Below the pieces are notes generated by a model, which was given only the letters and a program-made list of their open reading frames with translations, made no database searches and was not told the DNA's origin. From contig CBDBCZ010000019.1 of NCBI GenBank assembly GCA_965203295.1, forward strand, positions 896,001 to 960,000: a stretch of DNA of 64,000 bases. The letters are read 5' to 3'. Shown piece after piece: positions 1 to 10,334 of the stretch. The translations under genes and the position numbers were made by a program. This stretch comes from Nitrospirales bacterium (lineage in GTDB: Bacteria > Nitrospirota > Nitrospiria > Nitrospirales > UBA8639). Each line of letters starts with the position of its first letter. Positions within the stretch are counted from its first letter, which is position 1.

Positions 1-1
1 G

Positions 2-373
2 AGGGGGTACCGTGTTGTTTCTGGTGGAACAGATACACATTTGTTTTTGATGAATTTAAATTCAAAGAATATCACTGGCAAGGAGGCTGAGGCTGGTTTC
101 GATGAGGCTGGGATTACCGTGAATAAGAATGCCGTTCCCTACGATGAGAAGCCTCCGGCCATTGCGAGCGGGATTCGGTTAGGAACCCCTATTGTCACGA
201 CCCGCGGTATGGGTCATGCAGAGATGACGAGAATTGCATCGTGGATGGATGAAGTGCTTCAGCAACCACAGAATGCGCGGAACCTCCGGAGGATTCGCAA
301 GGAAGTGAAGGCTCTGTGCACTCGCTTTCCCATTTTTCATTCCCACCAAGTTGCATCAGTACAGCCTACTTAA
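2..373 (+). CDS. glyA: Serine hydroxymethyltransferase, 3' part (runs off window start)
   Basis: Frame open from base 2: VVSGGTDTHL...GITVNKNAVPYD...SGIRLGTP, the SHMT C-terminal motifs. Confidence 0.95.
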   Translation, partial: RGYRVVSGGTDTHLFLMNLNSKNITGKEAEAGFDEAGITVNKNAVPYDEKPPAIASGIRLGTPIVTTRGMGHAEMTRIASWMDEVLQQPQNARNLRRIRKEVKALCTRFPIFHSHQVASVQPT

Positions 374-479
374 CGCAAGTTTGGCTACTGGCTTCTTTCG
401 GATTCCCCTTCTGCCGATCAATGGTGGACTGATTTCTTGTGAATGGTTCACTACTCAAGAGAAAAAGGACCAACGCCGG

Positions 480-944
480 GTGAGATGCCCGTATTGCAAC
501 AGATTTGATGACAAGGTCATCGATTCGAGGACTGCTCGGGAAGGCGAAGTCATCCGACGTCGAAGAGAATGTCTGATATGTAAACGACGATACACGACAT
601 ACGAGAGAATCGAAGAAAATCTCCCTGTTGTGGTGAAAAAGGATAACCGCCGTGAACCCTTTGACCGAACAAAGATCATGGCAGGGTTGAAAAAAGCCTG
701 TGAGAAAGGTCCCGTCAGTAGTGCGTCTCTTGATGCAGCCGTCGATCGAATTGAGAAGCGAATTCAGGATTTAGGTGAAACAGAAGTGTCGGGTGGAGTC
801 ATTGGCGAGGAAGTGATGAAAGAACTTCACAAATTAGATAGCATCGCCTACGTCCGTTTTGCCTCAGTGTATCGTGAGTTTAAGGATATTGATCAGTTCA
901 TGGAGACCATCAAATCACTGGCCCAAGAAAACCGAGGGTTGTGA
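480..944 (+). CDS. nrdR: Transcriptional repressor NrdR
   Basis: GTG start gives MRCPYC...VIDSR...IRRRREC..C..RYTTYE Zn-ribbon, ATP-cone and AYVRFASVY; glyA-nrdR adjacency is common. Confidence 0.95.
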   Translation: MRCPYCNRFDDKVIDSRTAREGEVIRRRRECLICKRRYTTYERIEENLPVVVKKDNRREPFDRTKIMAGLKKACEKGPVSSASLDAAVDRIEKRIQDLGETEVSGGVIGEEVMKELHKLDSIAYVRFASVYREFKDIDQFMETIKSLAQENRGL

Positions 945-1037
945 GATCTTCATGAGAGTATAACCCTCCCTTCCAATTCTACCCCCTTCCTCGCCGTTTC
1001 GGGGCAAAAGAATTCCTAGGGCTGGTGATACCCAGGA

Positions 1038-2189
1038 ATGACAATCTCTATGGCAAGGTGGTCATCAAATTCTTCCAACAAAAAGCCTAAAGCGGCTGTA
1101 AAATCGTCCTCTTCTCGACGATCTCCTACTCCTACCTATGTGGCGATTATTGGAGCGGGACGTGGAGGAAAAGCCCTTTTAGAGATTTTTGCTGAGGACC
1201 CCTTGGCCCGAATCGTGGGATTGGCTGAAGTAAAAACGCAGACTGCAGGAACACGATTAGCACAACAGTTGGGTGTCCCCATTACACATGACTATCGAGA
1301 ACTGTTGAACATGAAACAAGTGCACCTCGTCATTGATGTGACGGGAAATCCGATCGTGGAAAAAGCCCTGCAGAAAGTCCACCTTCCGAATCTCGCCATC
1401 ATTGGGGGCGCGAGTGCAAAATTTATGTGGCAGTTGATCGAGGCCAGGATTCGTGCCACAAGTGAAATTGAAAAAACCTTGACTCGCTATCAGGCGCTTT
1501 TTCGGCGTTATGTGAAAGAAGAATCAGAGGGGGCGGTTGATGAAGAACGGACCCGAATCGCATGCGAAATCCATGACGGATTAGTGCAGACGTTGGTGGG
1601 GGTCAGTTTTAAATTGGAACGGTGCGGAGAACTCATTCAACACGAGCCCCAAAAGTGTTTTGATCTGATGCAAGAAACGAAGACGCAGTTAAGGCACGGC
1701 ATTCAGGAGGCTCGCCAAGTGGTGTTCAATCTTCGCCCTGGTCAATACGAACAGCTGAACCTTCGATTAGCCCTTACCAATTACTTGAAATTGTACAAGG
1801 CGCAAAACCGGGTCAAGGTAGAGTTTGTCCAGGAGGGAGTAGAGACCGGTCTGGATTCAAAGACCAAAGTGTTTTTGTTCCGTATAGTCCAGGAAGCCCT
1901 CAACAATGCCCAAAAACATGCCAAGGCCACCAAGGTGACGGTACAGTTAACCATTGATCCACCGAGCTTGAAAGGAATCATTAAGGATAACGGGTTAGGA
2001 TTTGACGTGCGTTCCATTTTCAAGGATCCGGAAAAATGGGATCATTTTGGTCTGCGAGGCATGAAAGAACGCGCGCGTCTCCTGGGCGGAGATGCTCAGT
2101 GGGAATCTGAGAAGGGAGTAGGAACGACCATTACTATTCACATTCCTCTCAGAAGAAAGGAGAGCTCCAGGAATGGCCAAAAATATTAA
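1038..2189 (+). CDS. Soluble HisKA_3 (NarX/DegS-type) sensor kinase with N-terminal Rossmann-like domain
   Basis: VAIIGAGRGG near N-terminus; H-box ERTRIACEIHDG; EALNNAQKHA, DNGLGFD, FGLRGMKERA; no obvious TM segment; start may be 1050. Confidence 0.9.
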   Translation: MTISMARWSSNSSNKKPKAAVKSSSSRRSPTPTYVAIIGAGRGGKALLEIFAEDPLARIVGLAEVKTQTAGTRLAQQLGVPITHDYRELLNMKQVHLVIDVTGNPIVEKALQKVHLPNLAIIGGASAKFMWQLIEARIRATSEIEKTLTRYQALFRRYVKEESEGAVDEERTRIACEIHDGLVQTLVGVSFKLERCGELIQHEPQKCFDLMQETKTQLRHGIQEARQVVFNLRPGQYEQLNLRLALTNYLKLYKAQNRVKVEFVQEGVETGLDSKTKVFLFRIVQEALNNAQKHAKATKVTVQLTIDPPSLKGIIKDNGLGFDVRSIFKDPEKWDHFGLRGMKERARLLGGDAQWESEKGVGTTITIHIPLRRKESSRNGQKY

Positions 2190-2847
2190 GATCCTCATTG
2201 TCGACGATCACCGAATCGTTCGGGAAGGTCTGTCAGCTATTTTGGAAACGAAAGAAGAAATCCAAATTGTGGGTGAAGCAGGTGATGGTGGAGAAGCCGT
2301 CGAAAAGGCCAGGGCTTTATTGCCGGATGTCATTATCATGGATGTGAGCATGCCAGGAATGACGGGGGTGGAAGCGACAAGGCTGATTAAACGGGAATTC
2401 CCTCATATCGGGATTATTGCCTTGACCATGTATGAAGACCAACAACATATCTTTGATTTGGTGCGAGCTGGGGCTACGGGTTACTTGCTCAAAGATTCCG
2501 ATTCCACCGAAATTCTGGCAGCCATTCGAGCCATTTCCAAGGGTGAATCACTTATTCATCCATCGGTCGCAAGTAAAATATTGGCGGAATTTTCCCTTCT
2601 TGCTGAAGGGAAGGGGAAAAAACGGTCTTTTTTGGAGCATGGCCTGACGGAACGGGAAGTCACGGTACTCAGGTTAGTGGCTGATGGTAAGACCAATAAG
2701 GAAATAGCCAATGTTTTGGATTTAAGTGAAAAGACGGTGAAAAACCATGTGCGCAATATATTCCATAAGCTCCAGGTCTACGATCGGACACAAGCCGCCA
2801 TTTTGGCTATCCGGAAGGGGATCATCGACCTTGAGCCTCATCCTTAA
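2173..2847 (+). CDS. NarL/LuxR-family response regulator
   Basis: ILIVDDH, DVIIMD, GYLLK receiver motifs; LTERE...GKTNKEIA...KTVKNH HTH; overlaps kinase 3' end. Confidence 0.95.
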   Translation: MAKNIKILIVDDHRIVREGLSAILETKEEIQIVGEAGDGGEAVEKARALLPDVIIMDVSMPGMTGVEATRLIKREFPHIGIIALTMYEDQQHIFDLVRAGATGYLLKDSDSTEILAAIRAISKGESLIHPSVASKILAEFSLLAEGKGKKRSFLEHGLTEREVTVLRLVADGKTNKEIANVLDLSEKTVKNHVRNIFHKLQVYDRTQAAILAIRKGIIDLEPHP

Positions 2848-2913
2848 GCTTCTTGCGGGTCGTTTTCTTCAGGTGCTACCATGATAAAAATACTTTAAGG
2901 AGGATGTCGTTCC

Positions 2914-3168
2914 ATGGCCAATGTTACGTTACTGGTCTCTTCTTCATGTTCAGCCTGTCCTTCTGCGAAAAAATTGTGTAAGGTACTTCGAGTCAAATAC
3001 AGTTTTAGTTATCGTGAAATCGATATTGGCTCGCGAGATGGCCAAGAATTAGCTGATCGCCATTCTATTCGAGCAGTTCCAGCAACCATCATCAATGGAC
3101 GATTGACCTTTATCGGCGTTCCAAGCCGACAGAGCGCTGAAAAGGCTATTGCTCCCAAATCTGGGTAG
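2914..3168 (+). CDS. Small thioredoxin/glutaredoxin-like protein
   Basis: CSAC motif, IRAVPATIING cis-Pro loop, AGGAGG RBS upstream. Confidence 0.85.
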   Translation: MANVTLLVSSSCSACPSAKKLCKVLRVKYSFSYREIDIGSRDGQELADRHSIRAVPATIINGRLTFIGVPSRQSAEKAIAPKSG

Positions 3169-3187
3169 TTCCATTCTTTGATTCTTT

Positions 3188-3379
3188 ATGAGTACGGACC
3201 GTCCATTTGGCATGGAAGAGGATGAGGAGGGACTGGACATTGAATTGCCCGTTTTGCCACCGGTGCAAACTGGTCCATCCCCGGATTGTCCGTTTTGTGG
3301 TGAACCCATGACTCTTATTGACGGGGATTGGGGTTGCTCAGATTGTAATGGAGAGCTTATAGGACCAGAGACCGGATAA
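3188..3379 (+). CDS. Small acidic Zn-ribbon protein
   Basis: CPFC...CSDC knuckle pair, acidic N-terminus, fills gap between co-directional genes. Confidence 0.65.
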   Translation: MSTDRPFGMEEDEEGLDIELPVLPPVQTGPSPDCPFCGEPMTLIDGDWGCSDCNGELIGPETG

Positions 3380-3436
3380 TTCAGTCGGATGATCAGTGTT
3401 GCATTCTGACTGTGGAATTGGTTTTGCTGGTCTTTT

Positions 3437-6400
3437 ATGTTCACCATCACGACTGGCTCCTTTCATCCTGATCTAGAGCTTGCGCTGGTCAAAGAGGTTC
3501 GAGAGCGTGAGGCTACGGATCCTCTCACTCCCCTTGCAATCATCGTCCCCTCAGAAATTCTTCGAAGACGCCTGCAATGGCTTATCTGTATTGAGCACCA
3601 ATGCTCTCTCCTTGACGTCCATTTTCTGACATTTCATCAGCTCGCTCTACGGCTTCATGAGGAACAAGGCTCCTGCTTCACTGCAAGTGGGGATCGTTGT
3701 GGCCTTGAACTTGTACCAGACATCTTTTTTGAACATCTGGTTCGCTCAATGGCAAGCCGAGAACTTCATGCCGTGGGAGTCTCCTGGTTTTCGAACCTTT
3801 CCCCTGGTTCCTGGTCAGCTCTCTGGGAAACCATTCGTGATCTCAAAGAGGGTTCTGTTGACCCCACGGTCGCATTGCATGCCGTGGCTGAGGGGTATTT
3901 TGAGCTGAATGAATCCAACAAATTGAACTCCCTGTTTATCCTCTATACTTCCCTTCTTGAGGCCCAATACACGATGGGGGTTGGGACGTGGGATGATCTT
4001 GCTTCGCGTGCCATGTCCTGGGCACCCCACTCCCCCTTTTTAGCCCGCCTTCAACATCTCTGCTACTACGGCTTTTATGATCTGACTGCAGTCCAGCTCT
4101 CCCTGTTTGAAGCTGTCACTGCCTGTGTCCCGACAACGCTGTATTTTCCACTATCAGAAGAGGCCGACTTTACATTTGGGCGGCAATTTTTTGAGCGTCA
4201 TCTCAGCTCCAAAGGTGGCTCGGTCAAACAGGCAGCAAACCTCTCAGCTATTGGTTCTACGCCGATGTCGAGTGCCAAAAGCAGCGTGAAGGTACAAAGC
4301 ATCAATGCAATCGGGTCGGATGCTGAGCTGTCGATCGTCTGCAAAGAAATTCTCGTGTTGGTGGAGGAACGGGGATACAAATTTGATGACATAGGCGTGG
4401 TAGCCAGGAACCTGGATTCCTATCAGCCCTTTCTTCGGTATGTCTTTGATCAGCACCGGATCCCCTTTACGTCGACAGCCGTCATGTCTGTCATACAGGA
4501 GCCAGCGGTCAAAGTGATCTTGGAACTGGCCTCGCTCTCACTCACCAGTTTTTATTGGAAAACGATGCTGGACGTGTTGGCCTCTCCATTTTATCGAGAA
4601 ACTCAATATCGGATGTCACGCCGTGAGGCACGTCCCGATCTTTGGCAGCTTGCTGTTCGTTCCCTTGCCATCATCCGAGGGGAAGAGGAATGGCACCGTC
4701 TCGCATCGATGACTCATGTGGATGTGTGGGTCGGGTTACTCGATGAATACGATGATGAAGAAAACGTCACGGTTGGAATCGGGGCCGACCAGCTCCGGCT
4801 GCTTCAGCGTCTTGTATCAGAGTTGATTAACGATTGCCGGGCTTTGCCTGTGGAGGGAAGTTTCGTTGAGATGAATGAGGCATTTGCCAACATGGTTAAG
4901 AAACATCTGGCTATTCCTGGGCTTCATCAAGATGCCAGTCCACCAAGGGAGGATTCCGATTCCAAACAATTGCAACGTGTTGGTATCGCGGTTTCCCGTA
5001 TCCTTGAACAACTCCGTCAATTTGACCGTTTTCACGAGCCCGTCTGTTGGTCTGAATGGGTCAATATTTTTACGAAGGCTATAGAAAAGACGACTGTTCC
5101 CATAGAAACAGATGACCACGGGGGTGTGCGGGTGTTGGATGCGATGTCAGCACGAGGGCTTCCTTTTCGAGCCCTGTTCCTAGTTGGACTGAACGAAAAG
5201 GTCTTTCCTCGTGCGATACGAGAAGATCCTTTTCTCCATGATCGTCACCGGCGAGTCCTTGATGAAACGCTAGGATTCAAGGTTGAAGAGAAGCTGAGGG
5301 GGTACGATGAAGAAGTGCTGTTATGTGCCATGCTCAAGCAAGCTGCCAAAGAACGTCTTTACCTTGTCTATCAGCGAGCCGATCGGGAGGGACGATTACT
5401 GACTCCCTCTCCGTTCCTAGACTCGCTTCTGGCGCCCGAATTCGCGCATGCTCAGGAGCAAGCCATGAGTCTTCCTCGACGATTTTCCGACTGCCTCGAT
5501 CTGCGTTTATTTGCCTCTTCACTCCTGACTCGTGAAGAGCTTGGGGTAAAATTGATCCTGCAGGGATACGATCCTACAAGCCTGCTGGAAATGGTTGGTC
5601 GTGATGCTGTTCTTTTTCGGAATGGATGGAAAGCCTTGCAAGATATCGAAGGGGTACAGTTTGAGCACTATGATGGCCTCATTGGCCCGATGAAACACTA
5701 TTGGGAACAACTTGTCACGCGAGGACTTTCGCCTACCCCGCTTGAGGATTATGCTCAGTGTCCATTTCACTATTTTGCGAATCACGTCCTGCGCCTCAAA
5801 CCACTGAGAGGGGAGACTGTAGGGGAGTTACCTGCACAAGCAATCGGTCACCTCTGTCATCAGGTATTGCGTGTGCTGTACCAACGATTGGTCACGCAGG
5901 GGTGGCCTCAAAGGGAACTGATCTCGAGCACGATGCAGGGTCAAGTTGTGTTAGTCGCAGAAGAAGTATTTACGGCTTATCAGCGCGAGCATGGAACTGG
6001 GTATGCGTTGACTCGCCAGCTGGCCAAGGAAAAAGTTATGGAGTTAGTCACGGCTATCTTGGAATCAGACCGACAGGACTTTCATGAGACGGGCTTTCGG
6101 CCGATTGCTTTTGAGGTGCCAGCTGAAGGGCGATTGGATGGATTAAAGATTTCAGAGTTGGATTCATTCAAAGTTTGGGGTCGTCTCGATCGGATTGATC
6201 AAAGAGAGAGTCCTCCTGAGATTCGAATTATCGACTATAAGTATAAACAGAGTCGAAAAATTGATAGTAAGGATCGGGATCTTCTGACTTCAGGAATCCG
6301 AGCGTTTCGCCTGCAGCCGCCACTGTATGCTTTGATGAGGGTCGAACGTCAAGGTTGCTGTGTCGAAGGAGCGTTAGTTCAGATGCACCCTGAATATGTA

Positions 6401-6688
6401 AAGTTTAAATTTCTTGCACCAGCTTGGGAAAACATGGTGGACCACTCTCAGTTTGAAGTCTCAGCATGGAACACGTCGGTAGGTCAGCAGCTTAGACAGA
6501 CATTCCGAGTATTATTGAATGGGATTCACGAAGGACAGTTTTTTATTTTACCAGGTGGGTACTGCAATGACTGCGATTTTTCGACGGCCTGCCGTCGATT
6601 TCATGAGCCAACGAGGATGCGTGCCATTGGGGCTCAACCGGCAAAACAACTCCGCAGGATTCGCAAGCAGAAGCTGTACCATGAATGA
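3437..6688 (+). CDS. addB: AddB/RexB-like helicase-nuclease subunit
   Basis: Inactive UvrD-like body; C-terminal nuclease LSPTPLEDYAQCPF...GRLDRID...IIDYK...CNDCDFSTAC (four Cys typical of the Fe-S staple). Confidence 0.85.
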   Translation: MFTITTGSFHPDLELALVKEVREREATDPLTPLAIIVPSEILRRRLQWLICIEHQCSLLDVHFLTFHQLALRLHEEQGSCFTASGDRCGLELVPDIFFEHLVRSMASRELHAVGVSWFSNLSPGSWSALWETIRDLKEGSVDPTVALHAVAEGYFELNESNKLNSLFILYTSLLEAQYTMGVGTWDDLASRAMSWAPHSPFLARLQHLCYYGFYDLTAVQLSLFEAVTACVPTTLYFPLSEEADFTFGRQFFERHLSSKGGSVKQAANLSAIGSTPMSSAKSSVKVQSINAIGSDAELSIVCKEILVLVEERGYKFDDIGVVARNLDSYQPFLRYVFDQHRIPFTSTAVMSVIQEPAVKVILELASLSLTSFYWKTMLDVLASPFYRETQYRMSRREARPDLWQLAVRSLAIIRGEEEWHRLASMTHVDVWVGLLDEYDDEENVTVGIGADQLRLLQRLVSELINDCRALPVEGSFVEMNEAFANMVKKHLAIPGLHQDASPPREDSDSKQLQRVGIAVSRILEQLRQFDRFHEPVCWSEWVNIFTKAIEKTTVPIETDDHGGVRVLDAMSARGLPFRALFLVGLNEKVFPRAIREDPFLHDRHRRVLDETLGFKVEEKLRGYDEEVLLCAMLKQAAKERLYLVYQRADREGRLLTPSPFLDSLLAPEFAHAQEQAMSLPRRFSDCLDLRLFASSLLTREELGVKLILQGYDPTSLLEMVGRDAVLFRNGWKALQDIEGVQFEHYDGLIGPMKHYWEQLVTRGLSPTPLEDYAQCPFHYFANHVLRLKPLRGETVGELPAQAIGHLCHQVLRVLYQRLVTQGWPQRELISSTMQGQVVLVAEEVFTAYQREHGTGYALTRQLAKEKVMELVTAILESDRQDFHETGFRPIAFEVPAEGRLDGLKISELDSFKVWGRLDRIDQRESPPEIRIIDYKYKQSRKIDSKDRDLLTSGIRAFRLQPPLYALMRVERQGCCVEGALVQMHPEYVKFKFLAPAWENMVDHSQFEVSAWNTSVGQQLRQTFRVLLNGIHEGQFFILPGGYCNDCDFSTACRRFHEPTRMRAIGAQPAKQLRRIRKQKLYHE

Positions 6689-9600
6689 GACAAAGTCCAT
6701 TCCTGATGCGCAGGTTCGCCGCTTGGCTGAGAGTACGTTTGACCGGAATGTTGTCGTGGTGGCCGGTGCAGGGACAGGCAAGACCACCTTGCTTGTCAAT
6801 CGATTTGTTCACACGCTGATGCGGGAACCTCACCCCGCTGAGGTAACCGAAGTCGTGGCACTGACCTTCACGAATAAAGCCGCCACTGAAATGAAAATCC
6901 GGCTTCGGGAACGGCTCACTGCACTTCAAATGCCTGACCACGAGAAGAACGACATTCCTCACCCCGGTATGGTGGAGGCGTCTGAACTGCGGGAGCGATA
7001 TGGGCTCTCTTCTGACCAAATCAAGAAGAAGGCAGAAGCGGCTCTGCACGATCTTGAGAGGGCTCAAATTGGCACCTTGCACAGCTTTGCCGCTCATCTG
7101 CTTCGATTGCATCCTATTGAAAGCGGAGTTGATCCCGCGTTTAGAGAAGATGATGGGACTCGTTTCGCGGACCATTTTGACCAAGAGTGGGAGTTTTGGT
7201 TGGACTCTGAACTCGGTCTCAATGGGACAAATCATAACCGATGGCGGCGGATGCTGGCCGAAGTGGGATTGGCAAAAATCCGTGAAATGGCCTTAGCTTT
7301 GAGCCAGGCACCGATTTCATTTGATGAACTGACCAAACAAATCGAGCAAATGGAAATGTCTCCAGAGCTTTACGCGTGGATTCTAGCTATGCGCACCAAA
7401 GCGGCCCAATTATTAGCTGTGTACGATCGACCCAGGCGACGAAAAGTTGAGTCAATGTTGGCAGGGTTGGAGGAACTGCTTGACGTTATGCTTGCGGGGC
7501 GGATTGGAAGAGGGGGCAGGTTAGAAGTGGCGCAGCGCATTGGCCTTGCCCGTGACTTGGGGAATGCTCCTACTGGATGGAATGAGAGGGATTTTGAAGA
7601 AGCCAAACGACTGGTTCGAATCACGAAACAGATCGTGGCAGTTGATGAAACTTTGATCAGGGAGTTGCTCGAAGTCATATTGCCATTTGTGCAGCGAGTT
7701 CAGTCCACGTTTTTGGAACAGAGCTGGATTTCGTTTGATGGTCTCCTGGCAGGTGCCCGCCGGCTCTTGTGTGACCACCCAGTAGTCCGTGACAGGCTTA
7801 AGCGTGACTATAAAGCGATTTTAGTCGATGAGTTCCAAGACACCGATCCGATTCAGTACGAGACTATCCTTTTTCTAGCTGAGCATTTGGGATCAACGGG
7901 TAGAAATTGGCGCGAGGTGGATCTTGCTCCTGGACGACTTTTTATTGTGGGTGATCCTAAGCAGTCTATCTATGCCTTTCGTCGCGCTGATATTGAAGCT
8001 TTTGAGCAGGTGGTCAAAAAAATTCGGAACTCAGGTGGGGTTGTCTATGAACTGACCACCAATTTTCGAAGCGATAGAAAAGTCTTGGAGGTTGTGAATG
8101 CCATTTTTGATCAACTTTTCCAACCTATTGAGAATGTTCAACCACAAAACGTCAAGTTGAAGGAGCAACCAGATCGGCGGAAATGCATGCCCACCCCTGG
8201 AGTAGAACTGCGCGTGGTGAGGGGAGGAGAGGGTGAAGAGGACATGGATACAGTGTCTGCGAATCGAATGGAAGCAGAGCAGCTTGCGAGATGGCTGAAA
8301 CATGACCTGTTTGGACGGGAAATGCTCATTGATGCCAAGGGGGAATCCACCCTGGTTCGGCCTGGACAGGTGGCCCTTTTATTCAGAAAGTTGACACAAG
8401 TGCAGGAGTATCTTGAAGCTCTCCGTCGGCATGGGATTCCCTATGTCACCGATGAGGAGAAGCATTTCTATCGGCGGCAAGAGGTCATTGATTTGATTAA
8501 TCTCCTACGTGTGGTGGAGAACCCCAATGACCGTATTGCGTTGGTCGGTGTGCTGCGTTCGCCTCTTGGGGGTGTCATGGATCGAGAAATTTATGAGCTT
8601 CATGAGCGACAGGCTTTTGATTACCGGGTGCCAGAACGACTCAATGGTTGGCATAGTCCTCGATCCGCAGCTGTCCGCCGTTTATATGATCGACTGACTG
8701 AGCTGAATCGGAAGGCATCGGCTTGTTCCTTGCCAGGAGCCCTTGACGTGATCTTTGGGCGCCTGCCAATTTTAGAACTGGCAACTGGTTCACTCCATGG
8801 TGAACAAGCCATGGCTAACTTGATCAAAATTCGACAGATTGCTCACGATCTGGCTGATCGCCCACATCTGACTTTGACTGGGTTTGTCGATCTGATGATA
8901 ACCAAACTGGCCGAACAGCCAGCGGAGGCCGAGAGTGCGCTTGCAGATGACACGGTGGATGCGATTCTGGTGCTGACAATCCATAAGGCAAAGGGCTTGG
9001 AATTTCCGGTGGTGATCCTGCCTGGTCTTCATCATGGTGCAATGCTGGGGAGTGGAGATACGCCCTTGATCTCGCATGATTGGAGAACCGGCGTGTTGGG
9101 GATTTCAGGTGGGAACCTATCGAGCATCGGCGGCGTATTCGTCAAAGAAAAATTGCTGGTTAAGGAGGAAGCAGAACGTCGACGGGTATTGTATGTTGGT
9201 ATGACCCGAGCCAGAGAACGATTGATTTTGTTTAGTGGATTGCCGGAACGTACAGCCCAAGGGACTTTTCTGGGTTTGTTGCAAGGGATATCTGGCGGTA
9301 CGGTAGGATTTCAAGATCAGTCTGAGGTTCGGATTGGTCCAACTTCATTTTCTCAAAGAGTGATGAGTGGAGTTGAACGGATCCCTCATACTCAGAGCCC
9401 AATGTTGAGGATGCTTCAGCCTCCTCCAGATGGAGGCGACCTTCTTCAGCGGTGGGAACAGCGAGAGCGGATGTGGAAGGATGCCAGATCAAGCCTTAGG
9501 TATCTCACCCCAACGCAACTCATTGCTCATGAACGTGACAAGAGGGATCCCTCATCCAAGGTCGTTGAAGAGTCTGATCGAAGGCGTTTGATCGGGATTC

Positions 9601-10097
9601 TGGCTCATAGGGTGTTGGAGAGATGGAATTTTCGAGATGATCCCTTGAAACTCGAAAAACATGTCGAGGCGGTGTGTGAAATCGGAATTCCAACCGAATG
9701 GAAGGCTGAAGCTGAAGACATCACTCAAGATTTGAGGAGTGTCTTTGAAAGATTCGGGAATTCGGTCATCTATACCATGCTTCGAAATGCAGAAATTCTT
9801 GGCCAAGAGGTCCCTTTTGTCGTACCTTGGGAAGGAGATTCCAACTCTGATCCCATGTTCGGAAGGGATCTGAATGTGATGGAAGGTGTCATCGACTTAG
9901 TCTATCGCCTGAACGGTCGAGTATGGGTCGCGGATTATAAGATGGATCGAGTTGAAGAAAACAATTTGGAGAAATCCGCTTTGCGTTATCAACAGCAGGT
10001 TCAGATCTATGGCAAATCTGTTTCGTTGGCTTTAGGTATCTCTTTGGTCCAGTGTCAGATCATATTCCTGCGTAATGCTCAGGCCCTAGAGGTATAA
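6681..10097 (+). CDS. addA: AddA/RexA-like UvrD helicase-nuclease subunit
   Basis: AGAGTGKT, TFTNKAA, LVDEFQDT, VGDPKQSIY, TIHKAKGLEF, YVGMTRA and C-terminal GVIDL...DYK; ATG overlaps addB end by 8 nt. Confidence 0.9.
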   Translation: MNETKSIPDAQVRRLAESTFDRNVVVVAGAGTGKTTLLVNRFVHTLMREPHPAEVTEVVALTFTNKAATEMKIRLRERLTALQMPDHEKNDIPHPGMVEASELRERYGLSSDQIKKKAEAALHDLERAQIGTLHSFAAHLLRLHPIESGVDPAFREDDGTRFADHFDQEWEFWLDSELGLNGTNHNRWRRMLAEVGLAKIREMALALSQAPISFDELTKQIEQMEMSPELYAWILAMRTKAAQLLAVYDRPRRRKVESMLAGLEELLDVMLAGRIGRGGRLEVAQRIGLARDLGNAPTGWNERDFEEAKRLVRITKQIVAVDETLIRELLEVILPFVQRVQSTFLEQSWISFDGLLAGARRLLCDHPVVRDRLKRDYKAILVDEFQDTDPIQYETILFLAEHLGSTGRNWREVDLAPGRLFIVGDPKQSIYAFRRADIEAFEQVVKKIRNSGGVVYELTTNFRSDRKVLEVVNAIFDQLFQPIENVQPQNVKLKEQPDRRKCMPTPGVELRVVRGGEGEEDMDTVSANRMEAEQLARWLKHDLFGREMLIDAKGESTLVRPGQVALLFRKLTQVQEYLEALRRHGIPYVTDEEKHFYRRQEVIDLINLLRVVENPNDRIALVGVLRSPLGGVMDREIYELHERQAFDYRVPERLNGWHSPRSAAVRRLYDRLTELNRKASACSLPGALDVIFGRLPILELATGSLHGEQAMANLIKIRQIAHDLADRPHLTLTGFVDLMITKLAEQPAEAESALADDTVDAILVLTIHKAKGLEFPVVILPGLHHGAMLGSGDTPLISHDWRTGVLGISGGNLSSIGGVFVKEKLLVKEEAERRRVLYVGMTRARERLILFSGLPERTAQGTFLGLLQGISGGTVGFQDQSEVRIGPTSFSQRVMSGVERIPHTQSPMLRMLQPPPDGGDLLQRWEQRERMWKDARSSLRYLTPTQLIAHERDKRDPSSKVVEESDRRRLIGILAHRVLERWNFRDDPLKLEKHVEAVCEIGIPTEWKAEAEDITQDLRSVFERFGNSVIYTMLRNAEILGQEVPFVVPWEGDSNSDPMFGRDLNVMEGVIDLVYRLNGRVWVADYKMDRVEENNLEKSALRYQQQVQIYGKSVSLALGISLVQCQIIFLRNAQALEV

Positions 10098-10334
10098 AAC
10101 AAATTGAAAAACTTGAAAATGATTTGAAGATAGACTGGATTTCATAACGGAGGGTTTGTATAAAGGTTTGAAAGATGCTAACAATTGAAGCCTCAACGGG
10201 ATAACAGGTGCCAACCAGTATTCTGGTAGGGCCAAGATGGTTACCAACCTTCCTGGAGGACCAATCTATACCTATAGCGGAATGGTGCTAGTTGTCTAAA
10301 CAAGACTGATTTTGAAAATAAAGGAGGAGAGGGT

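Noticed and set aside
3437..10097. Novel defence helicase-nuclease pair
   Set aside because: Architecture and gene order match housekeeping AddAB repair
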